Shown here piece by piece: positions 38,552-48,468 of a DNA stretch of 64,000 nt (its first letter is position 1; the number at the start of each line of letters is the position of its first letter). Position numbers and translations under genes: made by a program. Origin of the DNA: Promethearchaeota archaeon (GTDB lineage: Archaea; Asgardarchaeota; Lokiarchaeia; Sigyniarchaeales; SOKP01); the NCBI GenBank assembly GCA_016840165.1, contig JAEOSU010000080.1, positions 32,001 to 96,000 of the forward strand. The letters are read 5' to 3'. The notes under the pieces are model-generated. The model ran no database searches and was not told the DNA's origin. It saw nothing but the letters and a program-made list of their open reading frames with translations.

Positions 38552-39913
38552 TTAATTTTTCAATTTCATAGCATTAATTTCCTTCCAAAAATATCGAATT
38601 GTTAAGTAATACCAAATCAGTAAAACAGGAATTACAAGGAGAAAAGATATTACTAGATTAGTAGGAATAATTACCCCAAAGAGGTTAAAATTTAAAAAAT
38701 CAATTGGCATGATTACTAAATCTATAAAAAATAATAAAAGGCATAAGGCAGCTAAAAGAATTATCATTAATATGACAACTCCTCGAATTTGAGGATATTT
38801 TAGCAGTAAGATGATGGTGAAAATTCCAAAAACTGTAGTTACTATCAAAATTATATATATATTGATAATTCCTATGCTCCATGACATCAAAAACGTAGCA
38901 ATTATCGAAAAAAACCCGCATATAATTGAAATAATATAGAGATTATTAACCAGATGATTTTCCTTTAACGGCCCTCTTGCTAGGATTAACCGTGGTAAAG
39001 TAAGTGGTGCCTTTCTATGATCGGATGCCTTAATAGTATCATCTTTTAACAATATGATATCACTTTCTTTATCTTGGATATCTGAACTTTCGAAAAAACC
39101 TTTAAGCGAATAGAGAACGTAAAAACTATTAAAAACGTGAATTAAAACCGCGCAAAAAACAGCTGCTTCGAGTGAGGCAAATAAAGCGATACATGCTAAA
39201 ATGGATCCCATTGCTAGTGTTCCAACATCACCTGGAAAAATCTTTGCAGGATATTTATTGAATATAAAGAAGGGAGCTATTACACTAATAGCACCTATGG
39301 TAAATATTATTGCCTCAGCAGAATTCCAAAGCAAACCACAAATGAATAAAAATATCAAAGCAATAAGACATGAACCCGAACCCTCACCATTATAGCCTTC
39401 TAACATGTTTACAGTATTCGCAAAAATAGCTATAATTAGTGGAACTAATAGTGGATAAATTACAGTTAATCGTAACTGACCTAAAAATGGTATAACCGGG
39501 GATTCAATTTCTATAAATCTATAAAAATTTGCTATGAAAATTATCACTCCCGTAAGAAGGGTTAACATAATCTTATAACGGGAACGTAAACGAATTCTAT
39601 CATCAATAAACCCTATAATTCCTGATACAATGACAGTTAAACAAAAAATTAAGATCTCATTGAAGAACTCCGGAAAAAAAATCATAAGAAAGATTGACAC
39701 AATAGAGAAGCCAAAAACGATACTAATTCCTCCAGATTCAGCAACTTCTGGCTTTGAGTTTTTATGGATGTCATAACCAATAAAATTTTTCTTTTTCATG
39801 AATCTTATTATAAATGGTATCAAAAAGTAAGTTATTATAAATCCGATGAAAAATATTATACCTAAGTTTAAAATTTCTATAAAGCCCCAGTTTAATTCAT
39901 CTAATCGAACCAT
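38552..39913 (-). CDS. aglH: UDP-GlcNAc:dolichyl-phosphate GlcNAc-1-phosphate transferase (AglH/Alg7/DPAGT1)
   Basis: GYDIHK...VAESGG, GFIDD, NTVNMLEGYNG and FNKYPAKIFPGDVG motifs. Confidence 0.88.
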   Translation of the reverse strand: MVRLDELNWGFIEILNLGIIFFIGFIITYFLIPFIIRFMKKKNFIGYDIHKNSKPEVAESGGISIVFGFSIVSIFLMIFFPEFFNEILIFCLTVIVSGIIGFIDDRIRLRSRYKIMLTLLTGVIIFIANFYRFIEIESPVIPFLGQLRLTVIYPLLVPLIIAIFANTVNMLEGYNGEGSGSCLIALIFLFICGLLWNSAEAIIFTIGAISVIAPFFIFNKYPAKIFPGDVGTLAMGSILACIALFASLEAAVFCAVLIHVFNSFYVLYSLKGFFESSDIQDKESDIILLKDDTIKASDHRKAPLTLPRLILARGPLKENHLVNNLYIISIICGFFSIIATFLMSWSIGIINIYIILIVTTVFGIFTIILLLKYPQIRGVVILMIILLAALCLLLFFIDLVIMPIDFLNFNLFGVIIPTNLVISFLLVIPVLLIWYYLTIRYFWKEINAMKLKN

Positions 39914-40013
39914 TTTTATTTATCCATTTAGAAATTTAAAGTAACAATAAAGAGAAGAATATTTGTTGTTATTAAATATTTTTTCTTCGATAGAAAAGTG
40001 AATAAATAAAAAA

Positions 40014-40086
40014 TAGCCCGGCACGGATTCGAACCGTGGTCACGGGGTTCAAGGCCCCAGATGCTTGGCCACTACACCACCGGGCT
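40014..40086 (-). tRNA. tRNA-Gln (UUG), no intron, CCA not encoded
   Basis: Reverse complement folds as a cloverleaf: AGCCCGG TG GTGTAGTGGCCAAGCAT C TGGGG CCTTGAA CCCCG TGAC CACGG TTCGAAT CCGTG CCGGGCT A. The A1-U72 pair is typical of archaeal tRNA-Gln. Confidence 0.92.
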
Positions 40087-40101
40087 TTCATAAAGCTAAA
40101 C

Positions 40102-40731
40102 TTAATTCTGGAGGTTAAAAGGTTTTAAATCTTGTTTAAAAAATCCTTTATGTAATAAATTTTTATTGGTTTTTAGGAATTCTATTTCTAATTCTTTATC
40201 TCGATATTCATCTGGTAGCATTTGTGGAATAGTATCGATTATAGGAAACCATCGTTTACATTCGGGACAAAGCAATACCCCTGTTTCAATCTCAATTTCG
40301 AATTTAAATTTATTAATAATAACCAATTCTGGTAATAGAGCATCCAAATTATTTTCTGTTGAATTTTGAATTGATGTTTTTAATTTATTATAAATAGTAG
40401 TTCTGATATAATTTAGTAGAGTTTTGCTACTTTCAATTCCAGAGAGATCATGTATATTTTCCAATTCATCAAGACTTTGTTTAATCAGTTTAAGATATGA
40501 AATTAGTGGTGTTTTCTCCAATACAAGATTATCTTGAAGATATATTATTCCATCAACGGTAGAAATTTTGATTACATTTTCTGATTTAAGTTTTTCAAGG
40601 TTTCTATCTTGTATAGTCTCTAACATCGAGGTGAATTTGTCAATTCTAGATTCATAAGAAAAGATATATAACTCTAAGGGATACTGTTTATCAATTGGAC
40701 AAGCTAATATATCAAATAACCATGGCTTCAT
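40102..40731 (-). CDS. trm112: Trm112-family methyltransferase activator, long form
   Basis: [15 protein letters not shown]...[26 protein letters not shown]. Confidence 0.88.
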   Translation of the reverse strand: MKPWLFDILACPIDKQYPLELYIFSYESRIDKFTSMLETIQDRNLEKLKSENVIKISTVDGIIYLQDNLVLEKTPLISYLKLIKQSLDELENIHDLSGIESSKTLLNYIRTTIYNKLKTSIQNSTENNLDALLPELVIINKFKFEIEIETGVLLCPECKRWFPIIDTIPQMLPDEYRDKELEIEFLKTNKNLLHKGFFKQDLKPFNLQN

Positions 40732-40757
40732 TCATTTTCTCCCATAAAATGGATATT

Positions 40758-42614
40758 TTATAATAGATAGCTACGTAATTGTTGAATTATCCTATCGATT
40801 GTTCTATCAATCTTTTTTCTTCTTCTATCGAAATCTGTCGATAATTTTTCGTATGCGGCTTTTGAGGGTAATCGTCCTCTTTTATACCGCGTTTCTAATA
40901 AGTTTAAACTATCATCTACGCTAATCCTTTCTGCATCTAAAACATCCAATTTCTTTATTAGGTTTTCGAAAGTTTCATTAGTGTCCATAAGGACTTTTTT
41001 GAAAGGTAATAATTCTTGTTTTATTTGTTCAATTTTTAGAGTATTTTTGGATAAGATATTGCTATAAGTTTTTTTAGCCATTTTTTTACTTTTTGCTGCT
41101 TGTTCAGCTCTTCGAATTTCCAATGATAATGCATTTTTTTCATCATATAATGAACAAAATTCACGTATCTCACTGAATGGAATGAATTCTCCTCCAAGTT
41201 CACCTTCTATTTCTTTTCTTTTTCGAGTTTTAATAATTACAACATATAGGGACATTATTAAAGCAATAATTAGTATAAGTATCAAGGGGCGAAGTAATAA
41301 ATTAAAAATATCTATTGAAAAAGTGAACTGTACCATAAATCTTTCTATCGGACTTTTATTTTCGGAAATATAAGTTAAAATCGTTGACCCTCGTGATTGT
41401 TGTATAGCATAAGGATCTGTGGAGATAAATACTAGATCATTACACCCTTCAATGACTAGATGCACGTTTTCTTCGAGAACGTAAAATTCATGGGTTGTGG
41501 TATATAAATTTATCTTAATTGATTGCTCAAACCAGTTTATTGAGCTATAATCTTCAAAAGGTAATTGGTATTCTAGCATAAACTTGTATTTAGAACTGGG
41601 AGAAAGTACCGCCCGGTTTCTAGCCAAATTAATTGAAAATGTTTTGATTTCGGGATTCTCTTCGTTTTCAGTAAAAGTAGATATTTCTAAGTCACCAATA
41701 TCATCAAATACCCGTAAATTTTTTGATAATATTGGAATGTTAATGGAAAGCAATGATATTTGGATAAAACCAATATTTTGGATTAGAATTTCTTCCCTAA
41801 TTCTAATTAAACCCCATGCAGATATGTAAATTTCTCGAGTTACACTTTCAATTTGCATTTTTGTCACATCCATATCCCTAAAAGAAATTGTTATTTCCCT
41901 CTCCTCTTCTTTTAGATTTTCTAAAAAGGGTTCTAAATAATCAAGTTCAAGACTATTAGCTAAATCATATTCATAAATATTATCGGTAATCATATTTCCA
42001 ATGTCCTCAACTTGTTCAAAATCTATTACTTCAGAAGTTTCAGGCATCCGAAATAATGTTCGCACTTCTTTTTCAGTTTTATATGGTAAAATTGGAAAGG
42101 GATTTATCGAATAATCGATATTTTGTTCCGTCGGACCGATATAATAGATAGGAATATTTGCATAGCTATGTGAAAAAGTTATAGTTATGTTTTGTTTTGG
42201 AAAAAGTGGTGTGTCAAAATGTATCATAATCATTTCATTATCATTCATAATCAAATTCGATCTCTCAGAGAGCAATGAATGTTCATTTGAACTCACTGAT
42301 TTAAAATATATCAAATTATCTATTAAATTCAACGGGATGCCAACAAGGATCGAAGGAATTGGATTATTGTAAGTATTTTTTACGGTTAAATCGTCTTCTA
42401 TATTTATTATGCCAGAACCGCTAACTTCAACATTTCTAAGGATAGTAGTAATAATAATATTTTCAGCTCCTTCCAAACCAGATGAGTAATTTAAATCAGA
42501 TATTTCGTCAGTATTAACGCCTTGGTTGCTATTATTGATTTGAAATGGCGTAAGCATAATTAATGTTAGAAAAACAATACTTACAAGTAATATTTTTTTG
42601 TTTTTATACTTCAT
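40758..42614 (-). CDS. Ribophorin I (RPN1/Ost1)-like OST subunit
   Basis: Signal peptide, two related beta-rich domains (ILRNVEVSGSGIINIED / VTREIYISAWGLIRIRE), FDDIGDL, one TM and a helical cytoplasmic tail. Confidence 0.8.
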   Translation of the reverse strand: MKYKNKKILLVSIVFLTLIMLTPFQINNSNQGVNTDEISDLNYSSGLEGAENIIITTILRNVEVSGSGIINIEDDLTVKNTYNNPIPSILVGIPLNLIDNLIYFKSVSSNEHSLLSERSNLIMNDNEMIMIHFDTPLFPKQNITITFSHSYANIPIYYIGPTEQNIDYSINPFPILPYKTEKEVRTLFRMPETSEVIDFEQVEDIGNMITDNIYEYDLANSLELDYLEPFLENLKEEEREITISFRDMDVTKMQIESVTREIYISAWGLIRIREEILIQNIGFIQISLLSINIPILSKNLRVFDDIGDLEISTFTENEENPEIKTFSINLARNRAVLSPSSKYKFMLEYQLPFEDYSSINWFEQSIKINLYTTTHEFYVLEENVHLVIEGCNDLVFISTDPYAIQQSRGSTILTYISENKSPIERFMVQFTFSIDIFNLLLRPLILILIIALIMSLYVVIIKTRKRKEIEGELGGEFIPFSEIREFCSLYDEKNALSLEIRRAEQAAKSKKMAKKTYSNILSKNTLKIEQIKQELLPFKKVLMDTNETFENLIKKLDVLDAERISVDDSLNLLETRYKRGRLPSKAAYEKLSTDFDRRRKKIDRTIDRIIQQLRSYLL

Positions 42615-42765
42615 AAATTTTCTCGGGTCAACCTTGAATTATCTAAAATAATTAAAACACTTAATAAAAATTTATTATATTTTTTTCTTTATTTCAAAAT
42701 AAACCTTAATATTTCTGTTAATTTATATTATTATAATTATTGAAATATTATTAAGTGATTTAAAG

Positions 42766-42975
42766 ATGTCCTCACAAAGAGCTCAATCAAGACGGAAAAA
42801 AAGAAGAAGTGGAAATGCTCCTATGCCTTTAGCAGGCGCGGGATTAATGCGGTTTTTTGAAGATAGTTCGATTGGTATAAAAGTAGGACCTGTTGCAACA
42901 GTTATATTTGCTTTAGCCTTAATTCTAGTTGTGGTTTTCGCTTGGTTAGGTATCTTTAATTGGATTTTTACTTAA
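42766..42975 (+). CDS. secG: Preprotein translocase subunit Sec61beta
   Basis: AGLMRFFED..GIKVGP followed by one TM. Confidence 0.92.
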   Translation: MSSQRAQSRRKKRRSGNAPMPLAGAGLMRFFEDSSIGIKVGPVATVIFALALILVVVFAWLGIFNWIFT

Positions 42976-42995
42976 TCTGTAATTATTTTTTAATT

Positions 42996-43286
42996 ATGAG
43001 ATTTTCAGAATTTCAAACATTAATTAAAGAGCTTTATTTTGAAAAAGATCATACCAGAGGAATTAAGGGCACTTTTATATGGTTAATTGAGGAAATTGGT
43101 GAACTTGCTACATTATTAAAGGAAGTAGATTTAGATGATAAAAAAATTTCAGAAGAAATAGCAGATATAATAGCATGGACTTGCTCTATCGCAAATTTAT
43201 TAAACATTGACATCGAAAAAGCCTTAATGCAAAAATATCCAAATAAATGTAGTAAGTGTAATTCGATTCCATGTAAATGTGAATAA
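42996..43286 (+). CDS. MazG-like nucleotide pyrophosphohydrolase (start adjusted to ATG 42996)
   Basis: WLIEEIGEL, EEIADIIAW..SIAN and C-terminal CxxC..PCxC. Confidence 0.88.
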   Translation: MRFSEFQTLIKELYFEKDHTRGIKGTFIWLIEEIGELATLLKEVDLDDKKISEEIADIIAWTCSIANLLNIDIEKALMQKYPNKCSKCNSIPCKCE

Positions 43287-43300
43287 ATTTTAAAAAATAA

Positions 43301-44374
43301 TCATTGATTTAAATTTATTTCTTCAATCAAATGCTCAGAACAATCTATATGGCGAATCCAATATAGATTTTTGGGTAAAATATTATATTTTGGACCATCT
43401 GGAATTTTTTCATCGAATGCAAGTTTGGTGAGAATATTTGGCATATTAGCTAATGGTATACCATATATTTTACCAGCATAAGAAAAGAAGTAACTGGTTG
43501 TGAAAAATCTTCCAGCATTTATTTCGGTCGGACATATTAATCCACTTTTATCTTCCTTCATATCGACACAGAAAATACCTGTAGCTGTTGAATCGATTGC
43601 TAATATCGCCTTAGTTGCCATTTCGTTTACCTTATCATCATGTATCGTTCTAGCTACAATTGGGGTTCCAGTGATGCCTGAAGGTGCAAGATATGGATAA
43701 ATATATTCAATGCGCTCCCTTGCTTGAGAACATACTAGTTCTCCGTTGTTAAATATACTTTGAAATGCTATATTCCTCCCCGGTAAATATTCTTGAGCTA
43801 TAAATTCCCATTTTTTACCTCTTGATTTCCAGTATTTAATCCAATTAACACCTGTTTCTATATTTTCAACGGGAGTACTCCCAGTACCTCCAGCTCCTTT
43901 TTTAGCACGTATCCATAGTTTCTCTCCTAATTCGTTGAATGCTTTTTCTATATCACTTTCAAGATGATCAAAACGAATTTCAAGTGCTCTTACAGACGGA
44001 AACATGTTTTCTTTCCAAATATCTGAACTTAAATATTTATCTTGGCAACATCTTACTGTTTCTTTTTTAGGTAAAAATGTTATAGTATCAATTTTTTCAC
44101 GATTTTCAGAAATTACTGATACTTCTACATCAGGTTGAGGATGAATTAAGTCTATATCATATTCATTAATTATTCTATTAATTGAAGGAATATAGTCTTT
44201 AGAATCAGCTCTAGGAACAAGAAACATTTTTTCAGTCCATGGGTTTGCAAACTGTAGATGGTACTTATTTATATCTGTACCATATAATCCCCTCTTCTGG
44301 TTAGCCAACTTCAAAGATTTTAAGAAATTTACTCCTGCTGGACCTCCTGCACCTGTTATTAGTATTTTCTTCAT
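43301..44374 (-). CDS. ATP-grasp ligase (carbamoyl-phosphate-synthase-like)
   Basis: ILITGAGG, DKY, GAGGTG, QEYLPG and EINAGRF motifs. Confidence 0.85.
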   Translation of the reverse strand: MKKILITGAGGPAGVNFLKSLKLANQKRGLYGTDINKYHLQFANPWTEKMFLVPRADSKDYIPSINRIINEYDIDLIHPQPDVEVSVISENREKIDTITFLPKKETVRCCQDKYLSSDIWKENMFPSVRALEIRFDHLESDIEKAFNELGEKLWIRAKKGAGGTGSTPVENIETGVNWIKYWKSRGKKWEFIAQEYLPGRNIAFQSIFNNGELVCSQARERIEYIYPYLAPSGITGTPIVARTIHDDKVNEMATKAILAIDSTATGIFCVDMKEDKSGLICPTEINAGRFFTTSYFFSYAGKIYGIPLANMPNILTKLAFDEKIPDGPKYNILPKNLYWIRHIDCSEHLIEEINLNQ

Positions 44375-44587
44375 TATTATATAGTATTTTGAACGTATAT
44401 GTAAATTATATTAAAGAATAAAGCAAACTTTATTAATTTTGGGGATGGTTATTCATTGAGATTTGTAAAATGAAATTGAAATTACAAGGAAAAATAATTA
44501 ATAAAATCGTTAAAAATAATGTTTTAAAGCTTTTAATTTCTAAATTATTTATAAGAAATTTATCAAATAACTAATAAAGATTAGAAA

Positions 44588-45589
44588 ATGGAGATAGAAG
44601 GGAAAAAGATATTAGTAACTGGGGGAGCAGGTTTTATAGGATCTCATTTAGTAGAACGCTTCATAAAAGAAAATGTAGGAGAAATAAGAGTCTATGATAA
44701 TTTTTCAACGGGGAGAAGGAGTTCTATTGATGAAAATAAGGTAAAAATCATTGAAGGAGATATTCTAGACTTTAAAAAGCTAAATTCAACTATGAAGGAC
44801 GTTGATATTGTTTCTCATCATGCCGCTGAGTTAGAAGTATTTACCGGAATTGAAAACTCTATTCATGATTTAAAAACAAATATTGAAGGAACTTTAAACG
44901 TGCTAAACTCTGCTCTAAGTAATGGAATCAAAAAGGTTATATATGCATCATCTGGTGGAGTATATGGTCAAGCACAATATCTACCTGAGGATGAAAAGCA
45001 TCCATTAATGCCTCACTGGCCATATGGAGTTAGTAAGTTAGCTGGGGAGAAATATTGTCTCCAATACTATCTTTTACATAATTTAGCAACAGTTTCATTG
45101 CGTTATGGAATAGTTTATGGCCCAAGAGAATGGTATGGAAGAGTTTTAACTTTATTTATCAAACGAGCTTTAGAAGGTAAAGCCCCTATAATATTTGGAG
45201 CGGGAAATCAAATGAGAGATTATGTATATATCGATGATGCGGTTGAAGCTAATATTTTAGCAATTAAAAGTGAGACTGTAAATGGAAGTGTCTTTAATGT
45301 TGGTGGAGATTCATCATACTCTATCGAAAATGTTGCTAAAATCGTTATTGAGTTAATTAATCCTAACATAAAGCCAATTTATGATAATCCTGAGCCAGGA
45401 GAATCTAGTAAATATCAACCTAATAGAAGGAGATTACCGGGAGAGTTACAAGATTTTATACTTGATAGCTCTCAAATTCATAAAAAATTAGGGTATAAAC
45501 CGAAAACTAATTTTAAGGATGGAGTAAAAAAAGAAATTGAATGGATCAGAAATAATTCGATGTTTTGGAATTATAAAGCTCGTGTTTAA
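44588..45589 (+). CDS. NAD-dependent nucleotide-sugar epimerase/dehydratase
   Basis: GGAGFIGSH, ASSGGVYG, YGVSK and RDYVYIDD motifs. Confidence 0.93.
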   Translation: MEIEGKKILVTGGAGFIGSHLVERFIKENVGEIRVYDNFSTGRRSSIDENKVKIIEGDILDFKKLNSTMKDVDIVSHHAAELEVFTGIENSIHDLKTNIEGTLNVLNSALSNGIKKVIYASSGGVYGQAQYLPEDEKHPLMPHWPYGVSKLAGEKYCLQYYLLHNLATVSLRYGIVYGPREWYGRVLTLFIKRALEGKAPIIFGAGNQMRDYVYIDDAVEANILAIKSETVNGSVFNVGGDSSYSIENVAKIVIELINPNIKPIYDNPEPGESSKYQPNRRRLPGELQDFILDSSQIHKKLGYKPKTNFKDGVKKEIEWIRNNSMFWNYKARV

Positions 45590-45610
45590 TAAAGGATAAA
45601 GTGAGAAAAA

Positions 45611-46687
45611 ATGATAATTTGGTTAGATTTCTGTGAACCTAAAAGCGTAACAATGTTAAGACCTTTATATGAAAAGTTAGCAAATATTCATGATGTTTTT
45701 ATAACAGCGAGAGATTTTGATTCTACTCACTTCTTATTAGATAAATGGGGTATTGATTATATTCCTGTAGGAAAATATGGTGGAGGAACTCTAAAATTAA
45801 AGCTATTGGCATATTCTGAACGCTTATTAAAATTAACCAAAATTATTATTAAAAAAGAACCTGATTTCTTATTTTGCATAACTTCTCCAGAAGCATTGAG
45901 AATTTCATTTGGCCTTCAAATTCCAAACATAATGTTCAACGATGAACCACGATCCTACGGACCTTGTTCCACAACCTTTCCATACGTAAATCAGATTATT
46001 GTTCCTAAAACTATTCCATTAGAGTGGTATTTAAATTATGGATTAAAAGAAGAGAAAATAATAAGGTTTAATGGAATTGATGAAGTTGGTTGGTTAAATC
46101 CTAATGATTTCAAACCAAACTTAAAATATATTGAGGCACTTGATTTAAAGAAAGATAAGTATGTAGTATGTCGAACTGAACCAACTAAAGCAGGTTATTT
46201 AATAAAAAAAATGAAACCATATGAAACTCAATTAACGGAAATCTTACCAGAATTATTAAATCAAACTGATGAGACTAAATTTTTAATCTTGACAAGAAAC
46301 GAAGAACAATTCAAATTTTTAAAACAATTCTTTAATACTTATATTAAAAAAGATCAGATTCGAGTTCAGAGGGGTTTAAGTAATCTAGCTCATGTAATGT
46401 ATTTTGCAAAAGCAGTGATCTCCGGGGGAGGGACGATGGTTCGAGAATCCGCTTTATTGGGTGTTCCCTCCATAGAATTCTTTCCATTAGAAACTTATCC
46501 ACAGGAACAATTTTTAATTGATAATGGTTTTCCTCTGCAGCATATTAAGGAAACTAAACAAATTTTATCTACAGCCACAGAATTTATCATGAAAGATTTT
46601 AAGATCGATACTAAAGAGAAAGTAAGTGCATTAGAAAATCCTATTGAAATAGCACTGCGTGAATTTAATAAAAGAACAAAGGTTTGA
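45611..46687 (+). CDS. DUF354 GT-B fold protein
   Basis: IWLD, ITARD, VGKYGG and GGGTMVRESALLGVPSI motifs. Confidence 0.85.
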   Translation: MIIWLDFCEPKSVTMLRPLYEKLANIHDVFITARDFDSTHFLLDKWGIDYIPVGKYGGGTLKLKLLAYSERLLKLTKIIIKKEPDFLFCITSPEALRISFGLQIPNIMFNDEPRSYGPCSTTFPYVNQIIVPKTIPLEWYLNYGLKEEKIIRFNGIDEVGWLNPNDFKPNLKYIEALDLKKDKYVVCRTEPTKAGYLIKKMKPYETQLTEILPELLNQTDETKFLILTRNEEQFKFLKQFFNTYIKKDQIRVQRGLSNLAHVMYFAKAVISGGGTMVRESALLGVPSIEFFPLETYPQEQFLIDNGFPLQHIKETKQILSTATEFIMKDFKIDTKEKVSALENPIEIALREFNKRTKV

Positions 46688-47346
46688 AAATGAATCGACT
46701 AGAGGAATTTCTCAACAATCTAATGATTGAAAGGATCAAAAATTATACGAGAATGGAATTAATCGAAAATGTAATCGATCTTGGTGGCAAAGATGGAAAA
46801 TTTACTAAGCAAATTTCCAAGAATCTAACAGTTGTTGATTTAGATCCTCAAGAAATTTATGAAAATGTAGATTACATTAAAGCAGATATATTGCAATTTG
46901 AATCTGATAATAAATTTGATTTAGTTGTGAGTTCTGCATTTATGGAGCATTTTACTCGAGATGATGGCATAAAGATCCTTAAAAAAATAAATGAACTGCT
47001 TACGGATAATGGAATAGCATTTATTACATGCCCTAATGCTTGGAGTGTAAATAGACTTTTAGGGGAATTCATGGGTATGGGTGGTGCTTTGGAATTGTCG
47101 GACGGTGATAAAAAAGTAGGTCATAAATATCTTTATAATCTTGAGAGATTGGAAGCTATAATAAAAGAAGTATTACAGTTCATTGATTCAGGTTCCTATT
47201 TCTTTAAACCTTTGCCAGCTAATGATATGATTACCTCATTTAATGAAAGTGCCTTCAAGAGCTTTGCTTCTATAACATCAACTACTTATCCAGATTTGAA
47301 ATATTTTTTAGCTGAGATCTATGTGGTAGCTAAAAAGAAATATTAG
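46684..47346 (+). CDS. Class I SAM-dependent methyltransferase
   Basis: VIDLGGKDG, FDLVV..FMEH and ITCPN motifs. Confidence 0.85.
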   Translation: MKMNRLEEFLNNLMIERIKNYTRMELIENVIDLGGKDGKFTKQISKNLTVVDLDPQEIYENVDYIKADILQFESDNKFDLVVSSAFMEHFTRDDGIKILKKINELLTDNGIAFITCPNAWSVNRLLGEFMGMGGALELSDGDKKVGHKYLYNLERLEAIIKEVLQFIDSGSYFFKPLPANDMITSFNESAFKSFASITSTTYPDLKYFLAEIYVVAKKKY

Positions 47347-48449
47347 TTCAAAAATTTTTTATAAATTTCTTCTAACCTTTTTCCAACAGCGTCCCATGAG
47401 TATCTTTTTATAAATTCTTGTGCTTTATTCACTAATTCAGATCGAAGTTTCTCATCTTTAATTAGTCTTGAAATTTCTTCACTTAAACGTTGGGGATTAT
47501 TTGGGGGAACAAATATAGCATTTTCTTCTAAAATTTCTCTAAATACATCAATAGATGAACATATTACTGGAGTTCCGCATGCAATTGCTTCTAATGGAGT
47601 TAATCCAAATCCTTCTGAAGAGTTAGAATAAGTAAGAAAAATATCTGCCATAGAATAATATAAAGGCATTTTCTCCTCAGGAATATATCCTAGAAAATGA
47701 ATATCTTTATAATCTTCTTTCCATTTATTATATTTTTTTTGCATTTGGAAATCAGGTGTACCCCCAATAACTAAATTTAAGTTATCAAAATCTTTTTTAA
47801 TTAAGTTATAGGCCTCAATAATATGATCAACACCTTTATATGATGCAATACGACCTACATATAATAAAATGGGACTGTGAATATTTAATCGATTTTTTAA
47901 ATCTTGAGCTTCTTTAGGATATGGTTTATATTTTTCTTCAATACCGTTATAAATATTATAGATTTTATCGAATCGAATATTAGGAATAAAAATTTTAAAT
48001 CTTCTTTTAATGTAATTTGAAACAGTTAGAATATATCTTGATTTTTTTGATACTAATTTAATAAGGTATTTCTCTAAAGGGATCAGAGTAAGTTTTGTTT
48101 CAAAAGGAGTAAAATCATGAATTGTTGTGATAAATTCTTTAGTACCAGAAAGAATAATAGGAAATGCAGCTTTCGGACTATTCGCATGTATAATATCAAA
48201 TCTATGAGTTCTAAGATATTGAATTACTTTATAAGTAAAATGAAATATCCAGAGAAATCTTTTTCCTATTAAATCGAATTGAACAATATCAGATTTTTTT
48301 AAATCTCTATTCCATTTGCCAGTAATTAGTTTAACATTATACCTTTTTTTTTTAAGATAATCAAAATGAGCTTTTGCAACCTTGGCTTCTCCATCTGCAG
48401 TGTCAGGGGAAACTGCCAGAGATATCAGACAAATTTTTAAATTCTTCAT
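47343..48449 (-). CDS. GT4-family glycosyltransferase
   Basis: TIHD, IYNGI, YVGRIASYKG and EGFGLTPLEAIACGTPVI motifs. Confidence 0.93.
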   Translation of the reverse strand: MKNLKICLISLAVSPDTADGEAKVAKAHFDYLKKKRYNVKLITGKWNRDLKKSDIVQFDLIGKRFLWIFHFTYKVIQYLRTHRFDIIHANSPKAAFPIILSGTKEFITTIHDFTPFETKLTLIPLEKYLIKLVSKKSRYILTVSNYIKRRFKIFIPNIRFDKIYNIYNGIEEKYKPYPKEAQDLKNRLNIHSPILLYVGRIASYKGVDHIIEAYNLIKKDFDNLNLVIGGTPDFQMQKKYNKWKEDYKDIHFLGYIPEEKMPLYYSMADIFLTYSNSSEGFGLTPLEAIACGTPVICSSIDVFREILEENAIFVPPNNPQRLSEEISRLIKDEKLRSELVNKAQEFIKRYSWDAVGKRLEEIYKKFLN

Positions 48450-48468
48450 ATTCTAATAGTATTATAAG

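Noticed and set aside
40014-40086. Reading the tRNA as Ser (UGA anticodon) by shifting the loop one base
   Set aside because: The shifted anticodon stem does not pair, and there is no long variable arm.
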